Part shown: positions 18,365 to 27,788 of the stretch, one piece after another | How positions within the stretch are numbered: position 1 is the stretch's first letter | How the letters are laid out: every line of letters begins with the position of its first letter | From: Thermoproteota archaeon | GTDB lineage: Archaea; Korarchaeota; Korarchaeia; Korarchaeales; Korarchaeaceae | Assembly (NCBI GenBank): GCA_027491915.1 | Contig: JAOZGC010000001.1 | Location: forward strand, 1 to 64,000 | Length of the DNA: 64,000 nucleotides | Reading direction: 5' to 3' | Position numbers and translations under genes: made by a program | The notes under the pieces: generated by a model | Seen by the model: the letters and a program-made list of their open reading frames with translations, nothing else | Told to the model about the DNA's origin: nothing | The model's database searches: none

Positions 18365-20836
18365 TCACCACTCGGGGCTCCAGGCCCACTCCTCCCCTCC
18401 GACTTCGCCTATCTTCTCCTCTATCTTGGCCACCCTCTCCAGGAGGATCCTCCTCTCTATCCTGGCAACCAGCCTCCTGGTGGATACGACGGCGTCCGGG
18501 TTGACGCTTATGCTGTCTATTCCCGCCCTGACCAGGAATTCGGTGAAGTCTGGGTAGACGCTGGGCGCCTGCCCGCATATGCTCACGGTCCTCCCGCCCT
18601 TGTGGGCCGTCCTGATCAGGTGGTATATCATCCTCTTGACCGCCAGGTCCCTCTCGTCGAAGTACCTCGGGTCTATGGCCGGCAGCACCCCGCTGTCCCT
18701 GTCCACCCCCAGGGTGAGCTGGGTCAGGTCGTTAGACCCTATGGAGTAGCCCTGGAAGTACCTGTTGAACTTGTCCGCCAGCACGACCGTGCTCGGGATC
18801 TCCGCCATGGCCCATACCTGGAAGTCGCGGCCGGGCTCTAGGCCCTCGTCCCTCATGATCCCTATCGCCTTCTCCGCCTCCCAGGTCGTCCGCACGAAGG
18901 GTATCATGACCCACACGTTCTTGAGACCCTCCTCGTGCAGTTTCCTTATCGCCCTGACCTCGAGCCTGAAGGCCGGCTCGAACTCCGGCGATATGTACCT
19001 CGAGGCGCCCCTCCAGCCGAGCATGGGGTTCGCCTCCTCCGGCTCGTGCTCCCTCCCCCCCTCCAGCTTGGCGTACTCGTTCGTCTTGAAGTCGCTGAAC
19101 CTGACGACGACCGGCCTCGGATATATGGCCCTGGCCACCGTGCCAATCCCCTCGGCCAGCCTGTCGACGTAGAAGTCGGCCTTCCCCCTCTTTATGGCCT
19201 CCAGCGGGTGGAGCTTTATCCAGCTGGCTATTATGAACTCTATCCTCATCAGCCCTATCCCGTCGAACGGGAGGTCCTTGTAGTCCTCGATCTTCTCCGG
19301 GACGCCCAAGTTCATGAATATCTTGGTCCCGGTTATGGGTATCTCCAGGGAGGGCCCGGCTGGTACGAGCTGCGCGCCTCCTGCGGCCGCCGCCGGGGCT
19401 TTCGGCTTGATCAGATCCTCCCTGATACCCTCGAACACCAATCCCCTGCCCCCGTCGACCGTGTACTCCCCGCCGGTCTGCATCACTTTGGTCGCGTTGC
19501 CGGTCCCGACGACGCAGGGGATCCCGAGCTCCCTGCTCACTATGGCCGCGTGGCTCGTCATGCCGCCCTCGTCCGTGACTATGGCGCTGACGATCTTCAT
19601 GTAGGGCTCCCAGTCGGGTGAGGTCATCTTGGTCACCAGAACGTCGCCCTCTTTTATCATCCGCCTGGCGTCCTCAACCTCTAGGGCCACCTTCGCCGTC
19701 CCGGCGGCCACCCCGGGACTGGCCGGCAGACCCTTGACGACCGGCTCCGACGAGACCTCCCCCCCAACGCCGGGCTTCACTACCTCTGCCTCCTCGGCCT
19801 GGACCTCGGCTCGGGTCGGAGCCTCGATCTCAGATTTCTTCAAGCTCCACACGGTCTCCGGCCTGGCCTGCAGTATGAATATGTTGTTGGGCGGCTCCAC
19901 GTCGGCGTCTATCCCCCACTCCACGTCCATGGGGGTGCCATAGTGCTCCTCTATCATCCTGCCGAAGCGGGCCAGGGCGACTATCTCCTCGTCGTCCAGG
20001 GCCCAGCTCTTCCTCCTATCTTCCGGGACGTCTCTCTCCACGGTTCCGCCGTAGGGGGTGAGCACTATCTCGACCTTCTTGTCCCCCAACCTCTTGTCCT
20101 TTATCCGGAGGGTCTCCTTGTCCACGACGTAGGTGTCCGGGATGACCTTCCCCCCGACCACGGTCTCCCCGAGTCCCCAGCTGGCCTCTATCACCATCTC
20201 GTCCTCGGCGCCGCTGGCCGGGTTTATGGTGAACATGACCCCGGCGGACCTGGAGTTCACCATCTTCTGGACCGCCACGCTTATCAGGACCTCCTCGTGC
20301 CTGAACCCCTTGTCCTCCCTATAGGAAATCGCCCTGGGCGTGAACAGGCTGGACCAGCACTTCCTCACCTTGTCGAGCAGGTTCTCCTCCCCTCTTATGC
20401 CGAGGTACGTCTCCTGCTGTCCGGCGAAGCTGGCGCCCGGCAGGTCCTCCGCCGTGGCCGAGCTCCTGGCCGCCACCAGCGGGGCGGCCACCCCGAGCCT
20501 CTTGGCCATCCTCCTGTAGGCGGACCTGATCGCCATCTCTATGTCCTTCGGCATCTCCGTGGACTCTATCAGCTCCCTTATCCTCCTAGAGGCCTCCTCG
20601 TACTCCTCCGGCCTCTTCCGCCTGACCGTCTCCCTGATTATCTCGTATATCCTGTGGGCTATCCCCGTCTCGGTTATGAACCTCCGGTAGGCGTGGGCCG
20701 TCACCGCGAAGCCCGGGGGTACGGGCAGCCCGAAGGATATCATCTCCCCTAGGTTGGCCACCTTCCCCCCGACTGTGGGGACGTCTTCCTTCCTGACGTC
20801 CTCGAACCACAGGATCAGGGCCTCTTGATCACCCAT
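18365..20836 (-). CDS. ppsA: Phosphoenolpyruvate synthase
   Basis: GGKVANLGEM, RSSATAEDLPGASFAGQQET, GGMTSHAAIVSRE, NPMLGWRG, SICGQAP. Confidence 0.96.
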   Translation of the reverse strand: MGDQEALILWFEDVRKEDVPTVGGKVANLGEMISFGLPVPPGFAVTAHAYRRFITETGIAHRIYEIIRETVRRKRPEEYEEASRRIRELIESTEMPKDIEMAIRSAYRRMAKRLGVAAPLVAARSSATAEDLPGASFAGQQETYLGIRGEENLLDKVRKCWSSLFTPRAISYREDKGFRHEEVLISVAVQKMVNSRSAGVMFTINPASGAEDEMVIEASWGLGETVVGGKVIPDTYVVDKETLRIKDKRLGDKKVEIVLTPYGGTVERDVPEDRRKSWALDDEEIVALARFGRMIEEHYGTPMDVEWGIDADVEPPNNIFILQARPETVWSLKKSEIEAPTRAEVQAEEAEVVKPGVGGEVSSEPVVKGLPASPGVAAGTAKVALEVEDARRMIKEGDVLVTKMTSPDWEPYMKIVSAIVTDEGGMTSHAAIVSRELGIPCVVGTGNATKVMQTGGEYTVDGGRGLVFEGIREDLIKPKAPAAAAGGAQLVPAGPSLEIPITGTKIFMNLGVPEKIEDYKDLPFDGIGLMRIEFIIASWIKLHPLEAIKRGKADFYVDRLAEGIGTVARAIYPRPVVVRFSDFKTNEYAKLEGGREHEPEEANPMLGWRGASRYISPEFEPAFRLEVRAIRKLHEEGLKNVWVMIPFVRTTWEAEKAIGIMRDEGLEPGRDFQVWAMAEIPSTVVLADKFNRYFQGYSIGSNDLTQLTLGVDRDSGVLPAIDPRYFDERDLAVKRMIYHLIRTAHKGGRTVSICGQAPSVYPDFTEFLVRAGIDSISVNPDAVVSTRRLVARIERRILLERVAKIEEKIGEVGGEEWAWSPEW

Positions 20837-20873
20837 CGAGATCACCGGATCATGCCGGCCCCCTCTCCGGGGA

Positions 20874-21659
20874 TTATATAACGTTATTATCAACCCTCAA
20901 GACGATCCCGTCTCCCGGCGACACCCCGAGGGTCTCCGCGGCGCTCCGACCCTTCATGGAGATCTCAAGCAGGCCGCTGCTGCCCCTTATCAGCAGGAGC
21001 TCCCCCTCCCCCCCGGCCGAGTATGATGGGACGAGCCTGAACCTCCTGGGCTTCCCTCCTACCTCCGCCTCGCCGGCGGTCCCCCACCTCCACTCCCCGG
21101 AGGGGGCGCTCAGCACCACGTTCCCGAACCTGTCGACGTGGAGGACCTCTGCCTCTATCCATCCCTCTCCCGCCCGGTACCGGAACAGCTCCAGCCGGAC
21201 TCGCCAGTCGGCGCGCGGCCCGATCTCCTCGAACGGCAGGCCGCCGGCCAGGCGGGCCGCGGCGGGGGCGAACACGTCCCTTCCATCGAACGTCCCGCTC
21301 CTCTCGAGCGTGAGATCCTCCGATATCTCCCTGACCTCCGGCTCCCCCAGAGACTCGGCGGCGGGAAAGAGCAGGCCGTTGTCCGGTCCGACCAGATACC
21401 TGCCCCCGGCCCTGACGGCTATGGCGGCCCTCCCTCCCCCCACCCCGGGGTCCACCACCCCAACCAGGATCGAGCCCTGCGGGAACCACCTGGCCGCCTG
21501 CCAGAGTAAGAAGGCCCCCTCTTTCACGTTGAAGGGACTTACCTCGTGCGTCACGTCGATCACGCGGGCCTCCGGGCAGATGGAGAGGATAACCGCCTTC
21601 ATAGCCGCCGCGTAGTAGTCCCCGTTCCCGAAGTCGGTGAGGAGCCCGATCACGACCAT
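20874..21659 (-). CDS. SAM hydroxide adenosyltransferase (DUF62 / chlorinase-fluorinase family)
   Basis: LLTDFG, DVTHEV, VVDPGVG, VGPDNG, TFDGRDVFAP, HVDRFGNV. Confidence 0.92.
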   Translation of the reverse strand: MVVIGLLTDFGNGDYYAAAMKAVILSICPEARVIDVTHEVSPFNVKEGAFLLWQAARWFPQGSILVGVVDPGVGGGRAAIAVRAGGRYLVGPDNGLLFPAAESLGEPEVREISEDLTLERSGTFDGRDVFAPAAARLAGGLPFEEIGPRADWRVRLELFRYRAGEGWIEAEVLHVDRFGNVVLSAPSGEWRWGTAGEAEVGGKPRRFRLVPSYSAGGEGELLLIRGSSGLLEISMKGRSAAETLGVSPGDGIVLRVDNNVI

Positions 21660-21715
21660 GGTTGACCGTCCGCCCGGGGGGAGTCATTTAATCTTGACAA
21701 CCCCGCCCTGCGCGG

Positions 21716-21925
21716 ATGACGGACTTCAGGAGGAGGGGTACCCTCATGGTCCTCGCTGGAGCCGGGCTGGCCGGCCTCTCCACCTGGGCCCTGGTGGCCG
21801 CCGGGGAGGAGGTAGCCCTCTGGTATCTCAGGGCCGTGGCCCTCGCGTTCCTCCTGGGTGTGTCGGCCCTCCTGATCATGATGGGCCTGGCGATCAGGAG
21901 GCCCGTTCCCCCCCCGGCCTCCTGA
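21716..21925 (+). CDS. Small two-TM membrane protein
   Basis: Fills gap, two hydrophobic helices, tttaat upstream. Confidence 0.55.
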   Translation: MTDFRRRGTLMVLAGAGLAGLSTWALVAAGEEVALWYLRAVALAFLLGVSALLIMMGLAIRRPVPPPAS

Positions 21926-21934
21926 TACCGCCTC

Positions 21935-22813
21935 TCAGGTCTCGCCCCGCTCGAGCCAGCCCCTGAGCATATCCAGGACCTCCAGCGGGATCACGATCTT
22001 GGTGGCGTCAGACTTCCCTATCTCCTTCAGCCCCTCCAGGTACTGGAGCTTCATGGTGTTCTCGTCCAGCTCCCTGGCGGCCTCGGATATGGTCCTGAGA
22101 GCGGTGGCGTAACCCTCCGCCTTCAGGATGGCGGCCTTCCTCTCTCCCTCCGCCTTCAGGATGGCGGCCTGCTTCTCCCCCTCTGCCACCTTTATGGCCG
22201 CCTCCTTCTTCCCCTCCGCCTCGGTTACCATGGCCCTCCTGGTTCTCTCGGCTGCCATCTGCTTTATCATGGCCTCCTGCACGTCTCTGGGCGGCAGTAT
22301 CTCTCTTATCTCCACGTTGGTAATCTTCACGCCCCACCTCTCCGTCACCTCGTCCAGCTTTACTCTCAGCACCGAGTTTATCTCGTCCCTCTTGGCCAGC
22401 ACCTCGTCCAGCATCATCTCGCCTATCACGGCCCTCAGGGTCGTGGTCGATATGCCCAGGGCGGCGCCCCTGAAGTCCGAGACGTTCAGGACCGAGGCGG
22501 CCGGGTCCACCACCTTGTAGTACACTATGAAGTCTATGTCCGTCGGCGCGTTGTCCTTTGTTATGCATGTCTGGTGGGGGACGTCGAAGTACCTCTCCCT
22601 GAGGTCTATCCAGAGGAGCTGATCTATTATCGGTATCCTGAAGACCACCCCGGGACCCCTGATCCCCGCGAATCTCCCGAGCCTCAGTATCACCAGTCTC
22701 TTGAACTCCGGCACCACCTTCACGGCGGATGCCAACAGTACGACGGCCAGAAAGCCGAGCATCAAGAGGATGGTCGACCAAAGGTCGAACAGCATCTCCT
22801 GCATATCCCTCAC
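21935..22813 (-). CDS. SPFH/stomatin protein
   Basis: LRLGRF..RGPG, ITKDNA, TLRAVIG, WGVKITNVEI, QMAAER. Confidence 0.93.
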   Translation of the reverse strand: MRDMQEMLFDLWSTILLMLGFLAVVLLASAVKVVPEFKRLVILRLGRFAGIRGPGVVFRIPIIDQLLWIDLRERYFDVPHQTCITKDNAPTDIDFIVYYKVVDPAASVLNVSDFRGAALGISTTTLRAVIGEMMLDEVLAKRDEINSVLRVKLDEVTERWGVKITNVEIREILPPRDVQEAMIKQMAAERTRRAMVTEAEGKKEAAIKVAEGEKQAAILKAEGERKAAILKAEGYATALRTISEAARELDENTMKLQYLEGLKEIGKSDATKIVIPLEVLDMLRGWLERGET

Positions 22814-24039
22814 TCCTCCTCAACCTTGAGGACGAACCCCTCGACGGATACGATCCTGACCCTCCTCCCGGCGGGTATCCCCCGATCCGCCCTGGCGGTC
22901 CAGAGCTCCCCCCCGACGTGAACTACCCCCTCCCCTCCCGGCGGGATCTCCCTCTTGACAACCCCGGTCCTGCCGACCATGTCGCCCGGCGAGGGTATTG
23001 CCGAGGGGAACCTCATGCTCTCCCTGATCTTGTAGAGGTAGAACCCGACCAGGGCCGAGGTCGCCAGGAGGACCGCGACCGCCCCCCAGGCCCCCGCCCC
23101 GGGTCTAATCAGGGGAGCCCCCCCATACAGCATGAAGAGCCCCGCCGAGGCTATGGCCGATCCGGCCAGGGCCAGCACGCCGTGCCCCGTCTTCAGCTCC
23201 AGGAACATGGTCGCCACTCCGAGGAGGATCACCCCGAGCGAGGCGAGGCTGGCCCCTATCAGGCCCGCCCCGTAGAGTCCCATGAGCAGGAGGGCCGCCC
23301 CCGTCCCCTCTCCCACGAAGGTCGGGTGGGTAAGGCCGAGGAGCAGGATCAGCGCCCCGACCATGATCAGGAGCCACGCGTTGAGGGGGTCCGTTATCAG
23401 GATTAGGACGGCCGCCGGTAAATCCGGAGAGACCTCCACCACCTCGTCGGACCAGCCGAGCTCTCTCACTAGGTCCCCCGGATCTTTCGCGAGCAGGTCG
23501 ATGACCCCCGATCTCAGGGCCTCATCCGTCGAGAGCACCAGGTTCTCCCTCACCATCTCCTCGGCGGCCGTGGCGTTCCTCCCGTGGGCCGCAGCCAGAC
23601 CCCTCACCCACCCGGCTATGGCGCTCACCTCCTTCTCCTCGGCCGGCCTGGGCTGGACGGCGCCTATCGCCGCCCCCCTGGAGGCCGCAGCCACGTCGGC
23701 GGACATCAGTATTATCGTCCCGGCGGAGAAGGCCCTCCCACCCCGGGGAACGTAAGCTGCCACCGGGACCGGAGAAGTCGAGATGGCCGTCACGATCCTC
23801 TCGGTCGCCCTCAGGAAACCGCCGTCGGTGTTGACTATCAGGACTATCCCGGACACGGAGGCGGGATCCGATCCCCTCACGACCCCCTCGACGTAGCTGG
23901 CCGCCCCCTCTGTTATGGGCCCCTCCAGCCTGACGACCTCCGTGATCTTCCTCCCATCCTGGCCGGCGGCGGCCCGGGCAGCGATCGGGATCAGGGTCGC
24001 GGCAAGGAGGGCAACAAGAATCGCACCCCTCGGGCTCAT
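22810..24039 (-). CDS. nfeD: NfeD/STOPP membrane serine protease
   Basis: Signal peptide, ClpP-like RAFSAG/IGAVQP/HGRN, TMs, OB domain GELWTA; paired with stomatin. Confidence 0.9.
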   Translation of the reverse strand: MSPRGAILVALLAATLIPIAARAAAGQDGRKITEVVRLEGPITEGAASYVEGVVRGSDPASVSGIVLIVNTDGGFLRATERIVTAISTSPVPVAAYVPRGGRAFSAGTIILMSADVAAASRGAAIGAVQPRPAEEKEVSAIAGWVRGLAAAHGRNATAAEEMVRENLVLSTDEALRSGVIDLLAKDPGDLVRELGWSDEVVEVSPDLPAAVLILITDPLNAWLLIMVGALILLLGLTHPTFVGEGTGAALLLMGLYGAGLIGASLASLGVILLGVATMFLELKTGHGVLALAGSAIASAGLFMLYGGAPLIRPGAGAWGAVAVLLATSALVGFYLYKIRESMRFPSAIPSPGDMVGRTGVVKREIPPGGEGVVHVGGELWTARADRGIPAGRRVRIVSVEGFVLKVEEE

Positions 24040-24077
24040 TTCGGCGTGCTTCTTGCTACTGGTGGGATTTACAGTAT

Positions 24078-24647
24078 TTAATTCTTTCCCCGGGCCGCGA
24101 ACGACCTCAGGTCCTCGTAGACGGGACCCCTCGGGGTCAGGATGCTCCTCTTGAGCTTGAATGAGGAGACCCTCATGGAGCCGACCTCGATCTCGGATAG
24201 CCCCTCTATCACCCTCTTGAGGGCGGCCGGATCGCTCAGATACTTCACCCTGCATATGGTGAGATGGGGAGACGGCGGCCTCCTCTCCCTCCTGAATCCC
24301 AGCCGGGAGACGGCGGCCTCCACCCTCCGCATGAGATCTGCCAGGAGATCTCTCCCCTCTCCGAATCCCACCCATATCACCCTGGGCCGCGAGATCCCTG
24401 GGAAGGCCCCCAAGCCCCTGAGCTCCGCGTCGAACTCCTCGAATTCTATTTCCCCCAACACCCCCGCCAGCTCGGGTATAAGGGACTCGTCTACCTCCCC
24501 CAAGAATTTAAGCGTCAGGTGCAGGTTCTCCGGCTCCACCATCTTGACCCTATTCCCGGTGGCCTCTATCTCGGCCTGTATGTCCCCGATAACCCTCTTC
24601 TCCCTCTCCCCCTCAAGGTCGACCGCGACGAACGTCCTGATCCTCAA
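24078..24647 (-). CDS. thpR: RNA 2',3'-cyclic phosphodiesterase (2H, ThpR/LigT)
   Basis: HLTLKFLG and PHLTICR 2H motifs, PRVIW, GPVY. Confidence 0.92.
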   Translation of the reverse strand: MRIRTFVAVDLEGEREKRVIGDIQAEIEATGNRVKMVEPENLHLTLKFLGEVDESLIPELAGVLGEIEFEEFDAELRGLGAFPGISRPRVIWVGFGEGRDLLADLMRRVEAAVSRLGFRRERRPPSPHLTICRVKYLSDPAALKRVIEGLSEIEVGSMRVSSFKLKRSILTPRGPVYEDLRSFAARGKN

Positions 24648-24705
24648 CTCGGATCGGGGTCAGGGGACCCCAATCGTATAAACGATTCCCGGATGTGGCG
24701 ATGCA

Positions 24706-26037
24706 ATGCGCGGGCTGGTTCGGGATTACGCCGACTTCCTCGATCGAAACAGGACCGAGAGGGAGGTCGCCGGGTGGATCGCCTCCGAGGCCCGGAGCCT
24801 GGGATTCTCCAGGCTGGCCGACTTGGATCGACTCGAGCCCGGCGACAGGGTTCTATTCGGTCCGCTCAGGGGGACGGTCTTCCTGGCCGTGCTGGGAGAC
24901 TGCTACCCCGCGGAGTGCGGGTTCAGGGTGGCCGCGGCCCACACGGACAGCGTGAGGATCGACCTGAAGTACCACCCGCTGGGGGAGAGGAGAGGGGTGG
25001 CCTTCTTCCGCACCAGGTACTACGGCTCGATAAAACCCTACCAGTGGGTCCACATCCCCCTCATCCTGAGGGGGGTCGTGGGGCTCAGGGGTGGTGAGAC
25101 GGTGGAGGTGTCTATAGGCGGGGAGGGTGGGCCCTTCCTGGTGATCCCCGACCTCTTCCCCCACGTGGCCTCCACGAAGCAGGGCGAGAGGAGGGGGTTG
25201 GACGTGGTCAGGGGGGAGGAGCTCAGGCCCCTCGTTGGTCTGAGGCCCGGAGGGGGGGCGGCCGAGGGGGTGGTCCGCCTGCTGAGGGAGGAGTACGGAA
25301 TAGGATTGGACGATCTCGCGAGCGCCGAGCTGGAGCTGGTGCCGGCCTTCCACCCGGCGCCCGTCGGTCTGGACGGGTCGATGCTCGGTGCCTACGGTCA
25401 GGACGACAGGTACTGCGTGTTCTCTCTCTTCAAGGCGATCTCCCGCGTGGAAGATCCGACCGAGACCTCCGTCGTCGCCTTGGTGGATCGGGAGGAGACG
25501 GGCAGCGAGGGGGAGGGGGGAGCCCAGTCGGCGACCCTGGAGCTTTTCCTCTCTTCCATCATGGGGAAGGGGGCCGGCATCGCGGACCTGCTGTGCGCCC
25601 TCTCCAGGTCGATCGCCGTCTCGGCCGACACCCCTGGAGCCTGGGATCCGGTGCACGGGGATGTACACGATCCGGAGAACGTGCCCAGACTGGGTCTTGG
25701 GCCGGTAATCAGGAGGTTCACGGGGAAGGGAGGAAAGTTCGGCACCAGCGAGGCCAGCGCGGAATACTCCGGTTGGATTAGGGGAATCCTGACCCGGCGC
25801 GACATCCCCCACCAGTTCGGCAACTACGGGACCGTGGACGCCGGGGGCGGTGGAACCGTGGCCAGGTTCTTGGCGCGTCGGGGGATGCAGGTGATAGACC
25901 TGGGCCTCCCGGTGATCGGGATCCACTCACCCTACGAGATATCGGCCCCCGAGTTCGACCTGGATCCCGGCGTGGCCGCATACGAGGCCTTCTTCTCGGC
26001 TCCCCGCGGAGGGGAAGTAACGCCATCCTTTTTTTAA
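24706..26037 (+). CDS. M18 family aminopeptidase
   Basis: AHTDS, RYYG.IKPYQW, AYGQDD, DREETGS, GGGGT, IHSPYE. Confidence 0.9.
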   Translation: MRGLVRDYADFLDRNRTEREVAGWIASEARSLGFSRLADLDRLEPGDRVLFGPLRGTVFLAVLGDCYPAECGFRVAAAHTDSVRIDLKYHPLGERRGVAFFRTRYYGSIKPYQWVHIPLILRGVVGLRGGETVEVSIGGEGGPFLVIPDLFPHVASTKQGERRGLDVVRGEELRPLVGLRPGGGAAEGVVRLLREEYGIGLDDLASAELELVPAFHPAPVGLDGSMLGAYGQDDRYCVFSLFKAISRVEDPTETSVVALVDREETGSEGEGGAQSATLELFLSSIMGKGAGIADLLCALSRSIAVSADTPGAWDPVHGDVHDPENVPRLGLGPVIRRFTGKGGKFGTSEASAEYSGWIRGILTRRDIPHQFGNYGTVDAGGGGTVARFLARRGMQVIDLGLPVIGIHSPYEISAPEFDLDPGVAAYEAFFSAPRGGEVTPSFF

Positions 26038-26065
26038 CTTCTGGGGCCCCTGAACCCCGAGGCAG

Positions 26066-27145
26066 ATGTGCCCCGCCGCCCGCGTCAACAGGACCCTCTT
26101 CTCCAGGTTCGCCGCCGAGGCCCTGGGAGAGAGGGGCTCTTGGATCCTGGATCCGGAGGGCGACGTCTCCCTCGTCGTTACCAGGAGGCTCAGGGGGGGC
26201 AGGGGCGCGATGGGCCTCGCCATGATGAGCGGCCCCTCCAGCGGGGAGGTCCTGGAGGCCGCGGTCGCGGTGCCCGCCGAGGGAGGATGGAGGCTGGTTC
26301 CATCATACTGGTCCCTGCTAGGTCTCCTCAATAAGGAGGATGTCGATGAGGCCATATCCGACCCGTCTCGTCACTGGGAGGAGCTGGCCGAGGAGATCTC
26401 GGGGATGGCCCCGGAGCCGATCTGGGGGGGGATCTTCCCCACTCTGGAGGAGGCTGAGCGGGCGATCCTCGATTCCCTCTCCTTCAGGTCCTCCACCGGG
26501 AGGAGATCGGGAGGTCCCGGTTCCGGAATCCTGCAGAAGATCTCGTCCCTGTTGGACGCGGGAACCCTGGAGGACAGGGCCTTCAGCTTCAGCATCCGCT
26601 TCGGCATCCTCCTCGGGTCCTGGACCGCCGGGGACTTCGACAGGAGATTCGAGATAGGACTGGAGATCATGAGGCTGCTGGAGTTGGAGGCCCTCAGATC
26701 CGGCGACCTCCGGGGGAGCGTCCCCAAGGTGGACGAGTTCGTCTTAACCGGGGAGGTCTCGGCGCGAGGAGAGAGGGGGCGGGCGTCGGTCGACCTGGAC
26801 GTCGTGGCGGGGCTCTACTGGATACACCTTGACATGGTCGCCCCCGACCTGGGGGGGAAGCTCGTCCGCCGCAGGTGGCAGGCCGGCCGAGTGAGCCTGA
26901 GCAAGTTCCCGGAGTGGTCCACGCTCCCCGCCCTGCTGCTGGACGGGACCCTGTGGGGGAAGATATCCTCCAAGGCGCTGGGGGCCATAATCTCCAGCCT
27001 GAGGGACAGGTTCTCCGATCTGACGGCCAACGAGGCGGCCCTCGGGTCCGGCAATCCCGGTCTCGGGAGGTTGGTCGGATCTATAGGCGCTCAGGGTGGA
27101 GGGGAGCCGGGAGAGGGAGGAAGATCCGGGGTCTCCCGAAGCTGA
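26066..27145 (+). CDS. Hypothetical protein (359 aa)
   Basis: Long ORF with host-like codon use, ttttttaa upstream; no recognised motif. Confidence 0.65.
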   Translation: MCPAARVNRTLFSRFAAEALGERGSWILDPEGDVSLVVTRRLRGGRGAMGLAMMSGPSSGEVLEAAVAVPAEGGWRLVPSYWSLLGLLNKEDVDEAISDPSRHWEELAEEISGMAPEPIWGGIFPTLEEAERAILDSLSFRSSTGRRSGGPGSGILQKISSLLDAGTLEDRAFSFSIRFGILLGSWTAGDFDRRFEIGLEIMRLLELEALRSGDLRGSVPKVDEFVLTGEVSARGERGRASVDLDVVAGLYWIHLDMVAPDLGGKLVRRRWQAGRVSLSKFPEWSTLPALLLDGTLWGKISSKALGAIISSLRDRFSDLTANEAALGSGNPGLGRLVGSIGAQGGGEPGEGGRSGVSRS

Positions 27146-27240
27146 CGCTCGCCTAGACTCTCACCCAGCCCCATCCGGGCCCCAAGGCGTCGCCGCCACG
27201 CGGGACCCCCCCCTCTGTCCAGCTCCGAGTCGATCCGACC
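27130..27240 (-). ncRNA. Candidate structured ncRNA
   Basis: 11-bp stem 27219-27229/27135-27145 with G-U pairs on minus strand, internal hairpins, TTAAAA 29 nt upstream. Confidence 0.35.
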
Positions 27241-27387
27241 GCGCCGAAACGAGAGGAGAACCATTTTAATCGAAGAAACTCCCACCAGGCTTTTTGGTTT
27301 TGGCCCGGGTGGCATCTCCTGCGTTGGGGACAAATTTAAAAAACGGAACTTCCGGACCTTCATGCCCGGACGGCGGAGGTGCGTGTT

Positions 27388-27768
27388 ATGGGGATGGCCT
27401 TCGAGTATCACGTGGTCGGGGAGCTGATGGGGGTCTCCCCGGATAGGCTCTCTGACGTCGACTTCCTGTCCGACGTGTTGGTCAGATCGGTCTCGGAATC
27501 CGGTCTGACCCTGTTCGACGTTTACGTCCATCCCCACGATGGGGGTGGTCTAATCGCAGTGGCGATAATAGGGGAGTCCCACGTGGCAGTGACCACGTGG
27601 CCCGAGATCGGGAGAGCCTCCGTTGAGGTCTCATCCTGCAAGGACGCCGAGAGCACTTGGGAGGTCTTCAGGATGATAAGGGACATGCTCTCCCCAAGGG
27701 AGAGCTACTCCCTGGAGCTCAGGAGCGGGGTGTCCCTAATGGAGCAGGTCAGGGGTGGTCTCTTTTAG
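27388..27768 (+). CDS. speD: S-adenosylmethionine decarboxylase-family pyruvoyl proenzyme
   Basis: GGGLIAVAIIGESHVAVTTWPE, SVEVSSC; ES self-cleavage site. Confidence 0.8.
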   Translation: MGMAFEYHVVGELMGVSPDRLSDVDFLSDVLVRSVSESGLTLFDVYVHPHDGGGLIAVAIIGESHVAVTTWPEIGRASVEVSSCKDAESTWEVFRMIRDMLSPRESYSLELRSGVSLMEQVRGGLF

Positions 27769-27788
27769 CTGGGCCCCGCGCCCAGCCC

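Noticed and set aside
22113-22220. 33-bp-period repeat in the stomatin gene (AILKAEG)
   Set aside because: Normal coiled-coil repeat of SPFH proteins.
21935-24039. nfeD-stomatin pair as a novel system
   Set aside because: Well-described conserved operon.
27146-27387. Possible CRISPR array or leader near cas6
   Set aside because: No regularly spaced direct repeats seen here or elsewhere in the window.
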